Below, in pieces: positions 1-7,830 of a DNA stretch of 54,810 bases. This stretch comes from Candidatus Parcubacteria bacterium (GTDB lineage Bacteria > Patescibacteriota > Minisyncoccia > Phycocordibacterales > Zambryskibacteraceae). The notes below the pieces were generated by a model that saw only the letters and a program-made list of their open reading frames with translations, ran no database searches and was not told the origin of the DNA. The translations under genes were made by a program, and so were the position numbers. The DNA lies in NCBI GenBank assembly GCA_019661785.1, contig JAIFWP010000002.1, forward strand, positions 105,059-159,868, written 5' to 3'. The number at the start of each line of letters is the position of its first letter. Within the stretch, counting starts at the first letter, position 1.

Positions 1-21
1 ATCATGTAGGATTAGTTCACT

Positions 22-93
22 GCCCCAATAGCTCAACGGATAGAGCACTTGTCTTCGGAACAAGGGATGTGGGTTCGATTCCTGCTTGGGGCA
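22..93 (+). tRNA. tRNA-Arg (anticodon UCG)
   Basis: The sequence folds by hand into a full cloverleaf. Acceptor GCCCCAA/TTGGGGC, D-arm GCTC..GAGC, anticodon stem CTTGT/ACAAG with loop CTTCGGA (UCG), T-loop TTCGATT. CCA is not encoded. Confidence 0.88.
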
Positions 94-127
94 CATTTAG
101 GCAATCTCAGTGTAAACCGTATGTCCT

Positions 128-478
128 TTAGGCTTTATTGGACATTTTGCCTGCGTTTGAGGTAATTTCTTGCCTTATGGCTTCTAGCTGCTTGCCCCAG
201 AGCTTCTCATACCTTGCTAGCCAGGTGCCGAGCTTCATAAGGCTCCCTAGCTCGAGGCTACAGACCATGTTCCTACCCTGTCTCCTCACCGTTATGAGCC
301 CGGTCCTCTTGAGTATGGATATATGCCTCGAGATGGCCGGGGCCGAGATCTTGAAGGGTGCGGAGAGCTCGGCCACAGTGCGGTCTCCCCGATAGAGATG
401 GTCCACAATCTTACGCCTCACCTCGTCTGAAAGGGCGTAGAAAACCCTGTCTAGGGTGACTTCTTCATACTTAACCAT
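128..478 (-). CDS. ArsR/SmtB-family winged-helix transcriptional regulator
   Basis: 116-aa ORF. The segment RRKIVDHL...RTVAELSAPFKISAPAISRHISILKRTGLI is a typical ArsR HTH. A TATACT box lies 7 nt upstream of the ATG. Confidence 0.8.
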   Translation of the reverse strand: MVKYEEVTLDRVFYALSDEVRRKIVDHLYRGDRTVAELSAPFKISAPAISRHISILKRTGLITVRRQGRNMVCSLELGSLMKLGTWLARYEKLWGKQLEAIRQEITSNAGKMSNKA

Positions 479-531
479 ATTGTTAAGTATATTAAGAAAA
501 CCTATACATCACAATCTATTTTAGATAAGAC

Positions 532-891
532 CTAGATTATGTTCTCCAGTATCTCGGCTTTGGCTGTGCGGGTGGTCTCGTCAATCTTCACCGCTACAAG
601 GTCTAGCTGCCAGTCTAGGTCAATCTTCTTCTCCATTAGGTATGTCTGGATGGCTCTGTGGAGGCGTTTGAGCTTACCCGGGTGCATGTTCTCCTCGGCC
701 CTTATGTTTGTTACATGCGAAACGCTTTTTACTTCTACAAAATGAACGACATTCCCCTTTTGGGCAATTATATCGAGCTCACCCCACTTCCTTAAATAGT
801 TCCTATCGAGGATTTTGAAGCCGTGTTTCTCAAGAAACACACAGGCTACATTCTCGCCTATATCGCCTATTCTCCTCTTATCGGTCTTCAT
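532..891 (-). CDS. YraN/UPF0102-family endonuclease-like protein
   Basis: 119 aa. The pattern GENVACVFLEKHGFKILDRNYL..GELDIIA....VHFVEVKS matches the YraN family. Confidence 0.8.
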   Translation of the reverse strand: MKTDKRRIGDIGENVACVFLEKHGFKILDRNYLRKWGELDIIAQKGNVVHFVEVKSVSHVTNIRAEENMHPGKLKRLHRAIQTYLMEKKIDLDWQLDLVAVKIDETTRTAKAEILENII

Positions 892-1104
892 TATAGATAT
901 TTATGCAGGAACTGATGTTTCTGGTGTAACGTTTCACATGAAACTAAGATGTGTAAATATGGCTTATTTTAAGGACAATTTAGCGCCATCTTTAGGCTAT
1001 GGCCTTGATAAGATGTCCCTTATCCCCTCTCTCCACATCCTTATCCACAGATGGTAAGAATCATGCTGTAATAACGTCCAACTAGAGCCTTATTCCAACT
1101 CATA

Positions 1105-1333
1105 TATAACAAACCCGCTGCCTTGCGGGAGCGGGTTTCGTGGAAAGGCAGCCCCAGTTCAGAGACATCACTGGCAGAGGACGCCGAGCTTCAAAATTTT
1201 AAGGGTGAGGAAGCAACGCCTCCGCTAGCGTGAGCCGCGGACCGGAACATCTTTCGTGGTCCGGATACCACTAGGAACGATGCAACAAGCTTCTGATAGA
1301 GAGGGGAGACTCAATAACATCTGCTTGGCGCCT
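1105..1333 (-). ncRNA. Candidate ~230-nt small RNA of unknown class (orphan promoter-to-terminator unit)
   Basis: On the minus strand, TTGTGT (1367-1362), a 16-nt spacer and TATACT (1345-1340) precede a stretch with no ORF longer than 19 codons. It contains GC helices such as CGGACC/GGTCCG at 1238-1263 and ends in hairpin 1111-1138 plus a U-rich tail. Confidence 0.3.
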
Positions 1334-1345
1334 GGGGTAAGTATA

Positions 1346-1407
1346 AAACTAAAGGACATTTACACAAAGCACATTCGTAGGAGAACTGTGGATAACTTTG
1401 TCCTTTA
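1346..1407 (-). terminator. Long hairpin just downstream of the xth stop (putative terminator)
   Basis: On the minus strand an 8-bp stem AAAGGACA/TGTCCTTT encloses about 40 nt and is followed by a TTTTAT tract. Confidence 0.35.
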
Positions 1408-1410
1408 GGG

Positions 1411-2196
1411 TCAGTCAGCCAAAGTTAATCTGACAGGACAGTGGTCTGAGCCGAGTATTTCATCAAGAATTTCAATCTTCTCTACCTTCTCTAGCATTTC
1501 AGGCGTAGTGAAGAAGTAATCTATCCTCCAGCCCACGTTTCTCTCCCTGGCAAAGCTTTTCATGTCCCAGTATGTATAGGCCTCACGCTTCTCGGGGTAA
1601 GTGTGGCGGAAGACGTCCACCCAGCCCTTGGAGATAAGTTTGTCCATCCAAGCTCGCTCTATGGGCAGGAATCCGACATGGGCAGCGTTTTCCTTAGGCC
1701 TGGCTAGGTCTATCTCATTGTGAGCGACATTCACATCCCCGCAGAAGATGATATTGGGGTTCTTCTTCCGGAGCTTCTCTATAAAAGCTAGGAAATGGTC
1801 ATAGAAGGCGAGCTTGTACTCTAAACGCTCTGGAGCCCCGCCGCCATTAGGGAAGTAGCAGTTAATGAGGATAAAATGGCCATAGTCAGCCATTATTAGG
1901 CGTCCCTCCTGATCCATCTCGGGGATATTGAGATCGTTTACCACCTTCTCCGGCTTAACCTTGCTGTATATGCCTACGCCGGAGTACCCCTTCTTCACCG
2001 TAGGGAAGTGGAAGTAGGAGTGGTAGCTCTGTCCCTTGCCATACTTAGGATTGCGAACCTCTTCCGTGAGCTGTTCGGGCAGGGACTTGGTCTCTTGTAT
2101 GCAGAGGATGTCGGGCTCCTCCTCTAAGATGCGGGCGAAGGAGCCCTTGCGGTCGACAGCCCTGAGCCCATTCACGTTCCAGGAAATGATTTGCAT
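1411..2196 (-). CDS. xth: Exodeoxyribonuclease III (AP endonuclease)
   Basis: 261 aa. MQIISWNVNGLRA..., QETK, NVAHNEIDL and GSDHCPV are ExoIII/EEP signature blocks. Confidence 0.93.
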   Translation of the reverse strand: MQIISWNVNGLRAVDRKGSFARILEEEPDILCIQETKSLPEQLTEEVRNPKYGKGQSYHSYFHFPTVKKGYSGVGIYSKVKPEKVVNDLNIPEMDQEGRLIMADYGHFILINCYFPNGGGAPERLEYKLAFYDHFLAFIEKLRKKNPNIIFCGDVNVAHNEIDLARPKENAAHVGFLPIERAWMDKLISKGWVDVFRHTYPEKREAYTYWDMKSFARERNVGWRIDYFFTTPEMLEKVEKIEILDEILGSDHCPVRLTLAD

Positions 2197-2246
2197 AAGG
2201 TTGTCCCCATGGTATCACGCTCGGGAGTACGTTTAGGCTCTGCTGT

Positions 2247-2255
2247 TGTTATAAT
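2247..2255 (+). promoter_or_regulatory. Extended -10 box (TGtTATAAT) 6 nt upstream of the ATG at 2262; putative leaderless promoter
   Basis: The motif and its spacing were read directly from the sequence. Confidence 0.5.
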
Positions 2256-2261
2256 TTTGAT

Positions 2262-2744
2262 ATGAAGCTCCTCGCTACTCTTGTATTGCTCCTACTCATG
2301 TTCATAGGCGCATGGCTATACCTGCGTGAAGGGGATAAGACTACTGTAGTGCAGACCGCCGTGATCGGCGGCGAGACGACAGAGACAAAGGTAGAGGTGA
2401 CGAAGACTGATATTACGCAAAACGGCCTAAGCTCTCTCCCTGTTGGCTTCCCAAGCGATATCCCTGTAGAGGTAAGCAATATCACTGAGAGCTACCGTGC
2501 AGCTTACCAAGGCAAGGGCTTAGTGCAGTACACCGTGAGCTATACCTCGGAGAAGTCTAGAGAATCACTGTGGAACTCCTACTCTGAGTTCATGAATAAG
2601 TCAGGGTACACCATAGACAAAGGCAGTTCCTCTAAGAGCCTTGGGCAGATATATGGGGTCAAGGGTATAGACTCACTCTCTATAATCATCTCGGTAAGGG
2701 GAGGGCTCTCGCTCGTGCAGATTAACCTTCTCGATAGGCAATAA
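2262..2744 (+). CDS. Membrane-anchored hypothetical protein (paralog of 2754-3260)
   Basis: 160 aa with an N-terminal hydrophobic helix. The C-terminal block YSEFMNKSGYTIDKG...ISV resembles YTDFLSERGYTILSTG...VSM of the next ORF. Confidence 0.6.
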   Translation: MKLLATLVLLLLMFIGAWLYLREGDKTTVVQTAVIGGETTETKVEVTKTDITQNGLSSLPVGFPSDIPVEVSNITESYRAAYQGKGLVQYTVSYTSEKSRESLWNSYSEFMNKSGYTIDKGSSSKSLGQIYGVKGIDSLSIIISVRGGLSLVQINLLDRQ

Positions 2745-2753
2745 CGAGTAGAG

Positions 2754-3260
2754 ATGGCTGAGAAACAAACACAGAGCAACAATCTGGCCCCTCTCCTCAT
2801 AATCCTCGCTGTCCTCATAGTGGCGGTAGGCTGGAACTGGATAAGAGATACCCTCTGGTCGCGCCTAGCTTGGAACTACGGTCCCGTGCCATCGAACTTC
2901 GTGCTTGAGGCGAGCGCTAGCCCTGGGCAGGCAGTATCCGGCTTCCCCAAGGAGCTCATAGGTTTGGCCACTGATGTGAGGATTAAGAGCTCGGCCAAGT
3001 ACAGAGTTACAGAAACCTCAAGTCAGGCCGAAGTGCTCACTCTCACCTATGAGACAGGTGCGCGCATACCGGAGCTCTTTGCCGCTTATACTGACTTTTT
3101 ATCGGAGAGGGGATACACCATCCTCTCGACGGGCTCTAAGGGAGGGGTCGCGAGCGTGAATGCCGCTATGGGGAAGACGCTCATCACGGTGAGCATGTAT
3201 GTCTCGAGCCTTGGCAAGAGCGATGTGCGAGTAGACGTGAGGAAACCAGTGGTACAATAA
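2754..3260 (+). CDS. Membrane-anchored hypothetical protein (paralog of 2262-2744)
   Basis: 168 aa with an N-terminal TM helix (LAPLLIILAVLIVAVGW). It shares its C-terminal domain with the upstream ORF. Confidence 0.6.
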   Translation: MAEKQTQSNNLAPLLIILAVLIVAVGWNWIRDTLWSRLAWNYGPVPSNFVLEASASPGQAVSGFPKELIGLATDVRIKSSAKYRVTETSSQAEVLTLTYETGARIPELFAAYTDFLSERGYTILSTGSKGGVASVNAAMGKTLITVSMYVSSLGKSDVRVDVRKPVVQ

Positions 3261-3270
3261 ATAGATAATC

Positions 3271-4707
3271 ATGAACATGAAAAAAACAATAATCGCATCG
3301 AGTATCGCCCTCGCGTTAGCGGTCGGCGCAGGTAACCTCTACGCATGGTCCGAGCCAGGCAGCGTTCCTCCCGCTGGCAATGTGAATGCTCCGCTCCGCG
3401 GCTCGAACCTCACAAACCTCTTCCTCCCTTACTACAACTCGTCTCTGGGGGCCATGGTCAACTCAACTCTTACTAGCGACGGCTCTAGTGCTACTGCTAA
3501 TGGCAATTTGTTCACTACGGGTGCTCTCTACGCAGGCAATTCAGTCAGGTCTTGGAGGACAAGCAATGGGTCAGGTACTTTTTCCCTCGGCAATAGCGAC
3601 GTTTTATTGGAGAGCAGGACAAATACTGGAGATACAGGACAATTTATTCTAAAGAACTGGCAGGCAAATAGCGTTTATCATACAGCCCTGTACGCAGATG
3701 CTTATGGACATGTTGGAATCGGCACTGATAGCCCAAACGCCAGCTTGCAAATAGCCGGAGGCAACATTACTGATAGCGTTGGGACCGGGGCCATTCTTAG
3801 GGTAGGCGCCCTCTATATGGATGGTGATGAAATCAGCACCACGGGTAGCGACTTATATCTTGGTAATACGGGGAATGCCTTCAAGACTGTTCATATTGGA
3901 AATGGTGTCGATGTCTTCCAGAGCGGCAGGCTGAATGTTAATGGGGACATAAATATTAGCGGATGTTATAAGGTCAATGAAACATGCATCACCGCGGGCT
4001 CAGGCACTACTGGCCCCGCTGGCCCTCAGGGTCCCGCCGGCCCTACAGGCGCAACCGGAGCAACTGGAGCCACGGGTGCTACAGGAGCCACGGGTCCACA
4101 AGGCCCACAAGGTCCTCAGGGTCCCGAGGGGGCGTCGCCCTTCAGCTGGGATGGCTCGACAGCTTCTCTGGGTGGCAGAATGGTGGTTGGACAGGGAGTG
4201 AATATCGGTTCGGACCCGGCAATTTATGGTGTGGGAGCCTATGGAGATGGAGTTAGAGGTGATGCCAGTTCCGGTGGCCGGTCAGGGGTTTATGGAACGT
4301 CGGCTGCTTTTGGAGGGTATGGTGTGTACGGGGAGAATGGTAGTGGCGGTTACGGTATCTACTGTAATGGTGGAAGTTGTGGCGGTAACCGCGCTTGGAC
4401 GAACGCATCTGATGCAAGGCTTAAGCAAAACATAAGCACCATCTCTAGCGGGCTTGATAAGGTGATGCAACTGCGAGGAGTGAACTTTGAATTCAAAAAT
4501 GCCCCTGGTGTTAAGCATGTAGGCTTTATCGCTCAGGAGATTAAGAATGTTGTCCCAGAAGTAGTTACTGTGGACCCATCAACCGGATATTACTCTGTCG
4601 CAGAGAGCTCAGTTAATGCTGTCTTAGTTGAAGCAGTAAAAGAGCTAAAGAAACAAAACGACGACTTAAGAGCTCGCGTAGACGCACTGGAAGCAAAGAT
4701 AAAATAA
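3271..4707 (+). CDS. Secreted collagen-like triple-helix repeat protein with a C-terminal S74-type intramolecular chaperone (tail-fibre-like) domain
   Basis: 478 aa. It has a signal/anchor helix, 15 uninterrupted G-X-Y triplets and a Gly/Tyr-rich segment. The C-terminus reads SDARLK...GVNFEF...GFIAQEI...coiled coil, typical of self-cleaving phage tail-spike chaperone domains. Confidence 0.8.
   Translation: MNMKKTIIASSIALALAVGAGNLYAWSEPGSVPPAGNVNAPLRGSNLTNLFLPYYNSSLGAMVNSTLTSDGSSATANGNLFTTGALYAGNSVRSWRTSNGSGTFSLGNSDVLLESRTNTGDTGQFILKNWQANSVYHTALYADAYGHVGIGTDSPNASLQIAGGNITDSVGTGAILRVGALYMDGDEISTTGSDLYLGNTGNAFKTVHIGNGVDVFQSGRLNVNGDINISGCYKVNETCITAGSGTTGPAGPQGPAGPTGATGATGATGATGATGPQGPQGPQGPEGASPFSWDGSTASLGGRMVVGQGVNIGSDPAIYGVGAYGDGVRGDASSGGRSGVYGTSAAFGGYGVYGENGSGGYGIYCNGGSCGGNRAWTNASDARLKQNISTISSGLDKVMQLRGVNFEFKNAPGVKHVGFIAQEIKNVVPEVVTVDPSTGYYSVAESSVNAVLVEAVKELKKQNDDLRARVDALEAKIK
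4003..4137 (+). repeat. Collagen-like G-X-Y repeat tract (15 triplets: GTT GPA GPQ GPA GPT (GAT)x5 (GPQ)x3 GPE GAS)
   Basis: Read directly from the translation. At the nucleotide level it is a GGN-NCN-NCN 9-nt periodic repeat. Confidence 0.9.
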
Positions 4708-4708
4708 A

Positions 4709-6061
4709 ATGAAGAGACTACTCACAGCAGGCATCGCTCTCGCGGTTGTCCTAGTGGGTTTGTCTATGGTCTTGTTTGCATCGCCAACGAGGGCCTTGGC
4801 GGCAGCAATCGACTTGTCGGGCTACGCTTGGTCAGAGAACGTGGGATGGATAAGCTTCAAGGGGCCTACTTACGGAGTGACTTTGAGCAATACGACAGGA
4901 CTCTTCTCGGGCCATGCCTGGTCAGAGAATATCGGGTGGATATCCTTCCAACAGGCTGACGGCACTAGCTGTGGAGGCGGTGCCTTGATGAACCTGGCTA
5001 CTGGTGCTGTGAGCGGCTGGGCCAAGGTGCTTTCAACCGGAGCTTGCGTACACTTGGCAGGTACTGGATACGCTGTTGCATATACGAGCGCTACGAGCCG
5101 CTTCTCCGGCTACGCTTGGTCAGACACAGACGTAGGTTGGATACATTTTGCAGGGACTAATTACGCTGTCGTGACAGACTCTACTCTGACCTCTGACTCA
5201 ACTATCAATGTGACAGTGAGTCCGACGAGCGCCGGGTGGACCTTATATAAAGATGGAGTGCAGTTCGCCACAGGAGTAGGCAACGGCACAGCTACAGTCA
5301 CGCCAAGCGCCTCGGGCTCGTCTATTTCCATTACAGGAGGCAGCGTCGCGGGTTATGATTCTCCACCTGACTATACCAACTCGCAGGGAGGAGGCTCCTC
5401 TCTCACCTTGTTTGGCGGAGAGACCATAGGCTTCACCCTTACTTATACGCGCGCCTTTGACTACACGCTATCTAACGGCGGCACCGTCACGGTGGAAGAG
5501 GGAGGCACTAACCAGTTTGGCCAGGTGGTCATCCATGAGGCGCTCACGGGTACCTCAGGCGCCTCTCAAGCCGTGAGCTTGTCGGCTAGCGGCCAGCCAA
5601 GCGGCGTCAGCACCGCCTTCTCCACCTGTACCCCAGGCTCGAAGCCAAATTGCGACTCGACTCTGACTATAACTGTCGCCCCTACGACTAATCCCGGCAC
5701 TTATCCTGTCACTATTACAGGCTCGCCTCTTGGCAAGACCACGACCTTTAGCCTTATCATTAATGCCGCGTCCGGCATGTCGGTCACCTGCAGCCGCACT
5801 CCATCCTCGGCTCATGTGGGCGATACTGTCCACTGGTCCTCATCCGTCTCGCAGAATCCAGCCCACCCTCCATATACCTATCTCTGGTCAGGCACTAACA
5901 TCCCAAGCAATATTACGGATAGCGGCTTCGACATCGTGTACTCGACGACCGGCACCAAGACCGCAGATGTCACCGTGCGCGACTCGAAGGACAACATTTC
6001 GCACTGTATCCCTGCCGGTTCCATAAACATCGGCGTCAGCCCAATCTTTGAGGAGTTCTAG
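4709..6061 (+). CDS. Secreted repeat protein (G[YH]AWSxxxGWI[SH]F repeats plus Ig/PKD-like C-terminal region)
   Basis: 450 aa with an N-terminal helix. There are three clear copies: GYAWSENVGWISF, GHAWSENIGWISF and GYAWSDTDVGWIHF. The C-terminal YTYLWSG...DIVYSTTGTKTADVTVRDSKDN is PKD-like. Confidence 0.7.
   Translation: MKRLLTAGIALAVVLVGLSMVLFASPTRALAAAIDLSGYAWSENVGWISFKGPTYGVTLSNTTGLFSGHAWSENIGWISFQQADGTSCGGGALMNLATGAVSGWAKVLSTGACVHLAGTGYAVAYTSATSRFSGYAWSDTDVGWIHFAGTNYAVVTDSTLTSDSTINVTVSPTSAGWTLYKDGVQFATGVGNGTATVTPSASGSSISITGGSVAGYDSPPDYTNSQGGGSSLTLFGGETIGFTLTYTRAFDYTLSNGGTVTVEEGGTNQFGQVVIHEALTGTSGASQAVSLSASGQPSGVSTAFSTCTPGSKPNCDSTLTITVAPTTNPGTYPVTITGSPLGKTTTFSLIINAASGMSVTCSRTPSSAHVGDTVHWSSSVSQNPAHPPYTYLWSGTNIPSNITDSGFDIVYSTTGTKTADVTVRDSKDNISHCIPAGSINIGVSPIFEEF
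4820..5149 (+). repeat. Three protein-level repeats of the G(Y/H)AWSxxxGWI(S/H)F motif
   Basis: The repeats are at aa 38-50, 68-80 and 134-147 of the ORF, with a degenerate SGWAKV copy between them. Confidence 0.75.
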
Positions 6062-6064
6062 GCG

Positions 6065-6073
6065 TGCTAAAAT
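6065..6073 (+). promoter_or_regulatory. Extended -10 box (TGcTAAAAT) 6 nt upstream of the pilB ATG at 6080; putative leaderless promoter
   Basis: The motif and its spacing were read directly from the sequence. Confidence 0.45.
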
Positions 6074-6079
6074 GTTTTC

Positions 6080-7819
6080 ATGCACATTGACGAGACTCAG
6101 CTTAAGAAGTTCCTACTCGACGCGGGACTTGTCTCGAAGAAAGACTTAGACGATGTCGCCTCCTATGCAGCGGAGAAGGGAATCGCTCTTGGCAAAGTCC
6201 TCGTTACAAGAGGAGTGCTCACAGAAGACGAGTATCGACGCACAGAGGGCTACATTCTTGGAGTGGCCTTCGTTGATTTGAAGAATCAGAAGCTCGACCT
6301 CGACGTCCTCTCTCTCATACCTGAGCCCATCGCTCGCAATCACAATATCGTCGCCTTCAAGAAGACTCCCGACACTCTCGAGGTAGCGATGCTCGACACT
6401 GAAGACCTCACGGCTATCGATTTCGTCGGTAAGTCTGTAGGGTTGAAGATTGTCCCGCGCCTTACTGATAACGAGTCCATGAAGTGGGCCCTCATGTCGT
6501 ATCAAAAGAGCCTGCAAGACGAGTTCGGCAGCGTCATCGAGAAGGAGGCCGGAGCGCTAAAGCCTATAAAAGGCGGAGTAGAAGAGGAAGGGGACCTTAA
6601 GAAGCTCGCTGAAGACGTGCCTGTAGTGCGTATCGTCGATACACTACTCAAGCACGCTATAGTCCAAGGCGCGTCTGACATACATATAGAGCCGCAGGAT
6701 GCTGAGGTCCTCGTGAGATACCGCATCGATGGCATACTCCACGATGCTATGGTCTTGCCGAAGACGACCGCTCCCGGCATTACCGCCAGAGTCAAAGTTC
6801 TCTCAAGCCTTAAGCTCGATGAGAAGCGCTTACCCCAGGATGGCCGCTTCAAGATAGAGCTCGATGGCGAGAAGGTTTCCTTCCGCGTCTCTACTTTGCC
6901 TACTTACTATGGTGAGAAGACGGTTATGAGGATTTTACGCGAGAATGCTTACGGCTTCACTCTCGAGTCTCTCGGCTTCCACGGACAAGCGCTCGAGGTA
7001 GTGCACGAGAGCTTGAAGCTCACTTCCGGCATGCTCCTCAACTGCGGTCCGACAGGTAGCGGCAAGACCACAACTCTCTATACTCTCCTAGATATATTGA
7101 ACACGCCGAGCGTAAATATCTCTACCATCGAGGACCCTATCGAGTATCAGATGAAGAGAGTGAACCAGACTCAAGTGAGACCGGAGATTGGCTTCTCCTT
7201 CGCGCAAGGATTGCGCACGCTAGTCCGCCAAGACCCAGACATCATCATGGTGGGGGAGATCCGTGATACTGAGACGGCAGCGCTAGCGGTGAACGCGGCT
7301 TTGACGGGGCACTTGGTGCTCTCCACTTTGCATACTAATTCAGCAGCCGGGGCCATCCCACGACTTCTTGATATGAAGCTAGAGCCCTTCCTACTCACTT
7401 CGACTTTAGACGCTGTCATGGGACAGCGCTTGGTGAGGAAGCTCGGTACGAATAAGGAGAGATATCTCCTTAACAAAGAAGAAATCAACTCGCTCGGACA
7501 CTTGGTATCTCTAGATAGGATGCTCGCTCTGCTCAAGGCGGAGAACTTGGTTGAGAAGGCCGCAACCTGGGAGCGAGTGCCGTTCTGGAAGGCTAAGGCC
7601 ACAGCAGATGGCGACGGTTATCAAGGCAGAATAGGTTTATATGAAGTGTTGAAGGTCTCGCCTGCAGTGAAGGCCCTTATACTCCGAGGTGCGACACAGC
7701 AAGACATCGAGGAGCAAGGCAAGAAGGAGGGGATGATTACCATGCTCGAGGATGGAGTCTTCAAGGCAGTGCAGGGCATCACCTCGATAGAGGAGGTCTT
7801 AAGAGTGGTATCCGAATAA
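6080..7819 (+). CDS. pilB: Type IV pilus / type II secretion assembly ATPase (PilB/GspE family)
   Basis: 579 aa. It has an N-terminal GSPII_E_N-like region, Walker A GPTGSGKTTT, an Asp box and Walker B IMVGEIRD, and a His box TGHLVLSTLHTN. Confidence 0.92.
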   Translation: MHIDETQLKKFLLDAGLVSKKDLDDVASYAAEKGIALGKVLVTRGVLTEDEYRRTEGYILGVAFVDLKNQKLDLDVLSLIPEPIARNHNIVAFKKTPDTLEVAMLDTEDLTAIDFVGKSVGLKIVPRLTDNESMKWALMSYQKSLQDEFGSVIEKEAGALKPIKGGVEEEGDLKKLAEDVPVVRIVDTLLKHAIVQGASDIHIEPQDAEVLVRYRIDGILHDAMVLPKTTAPGITARVKVLSSLKLDEKRLPQDGRFKIELDGEKVSFRVSTLPTYYGEKTVMRILRENAYGFTLESLGFHGQALEVVHESLKLTSGMLLNCGPTGSGKTTTLYTLLDILNTPSVNISTIEDPIEYQMKRVNQTQVRPEIGFSFAQGLRTLVRQDPDIIMVGEIRDTETAALAVNAALTGHLVLSTLHTNSAAGAIPRLLDMKLEPFLLTSTLDAVMGQRLVRKLGTNKERYLLNKEEINSLGHLVSLDRMLALLKAENLVEKAATWERVPFWKAKATADGDGYQGRIGLYEVLKVSPAVKALILRGATQQDIEEQGKKEGMITMLEDGVFKAVQGITSIEEVLRVVSE

Positions 7820-7830
7820 TTATTGGAACA

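Noticed and set aside
815-1057. 80-aa plus-strand ORF in the yraN-xth gap.
   Set aside because: It overlaps the yraN 5' end, has no initiation signals, and its translation looks random.
1105-1345. Possible RNase P RNA, SRP RNA or tmRNA in the xth-yraN gap.
   Set aside because: It lacks the P4 elements (GGAAAGUCC...ACAGAACCCGGCUUA) and the SRP helix-8 context (UCC-GNRA-GGAAGCAGCC), and it is too short for RNase P. tmRNA is clearly at 50883-51280. I kept it only as an unclassified sRNA candidate.
4003-4137. Periodic nucleotide repeat that might be mistaken for a CRISPR array or VNTR.
   Set aside because: It is the in-frame G-X-Y collagen tract of a long ORF, with 9-nt periodicity and no spacers. 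No CRISPR-like repeat-spacer array is seen anywhere in the window.
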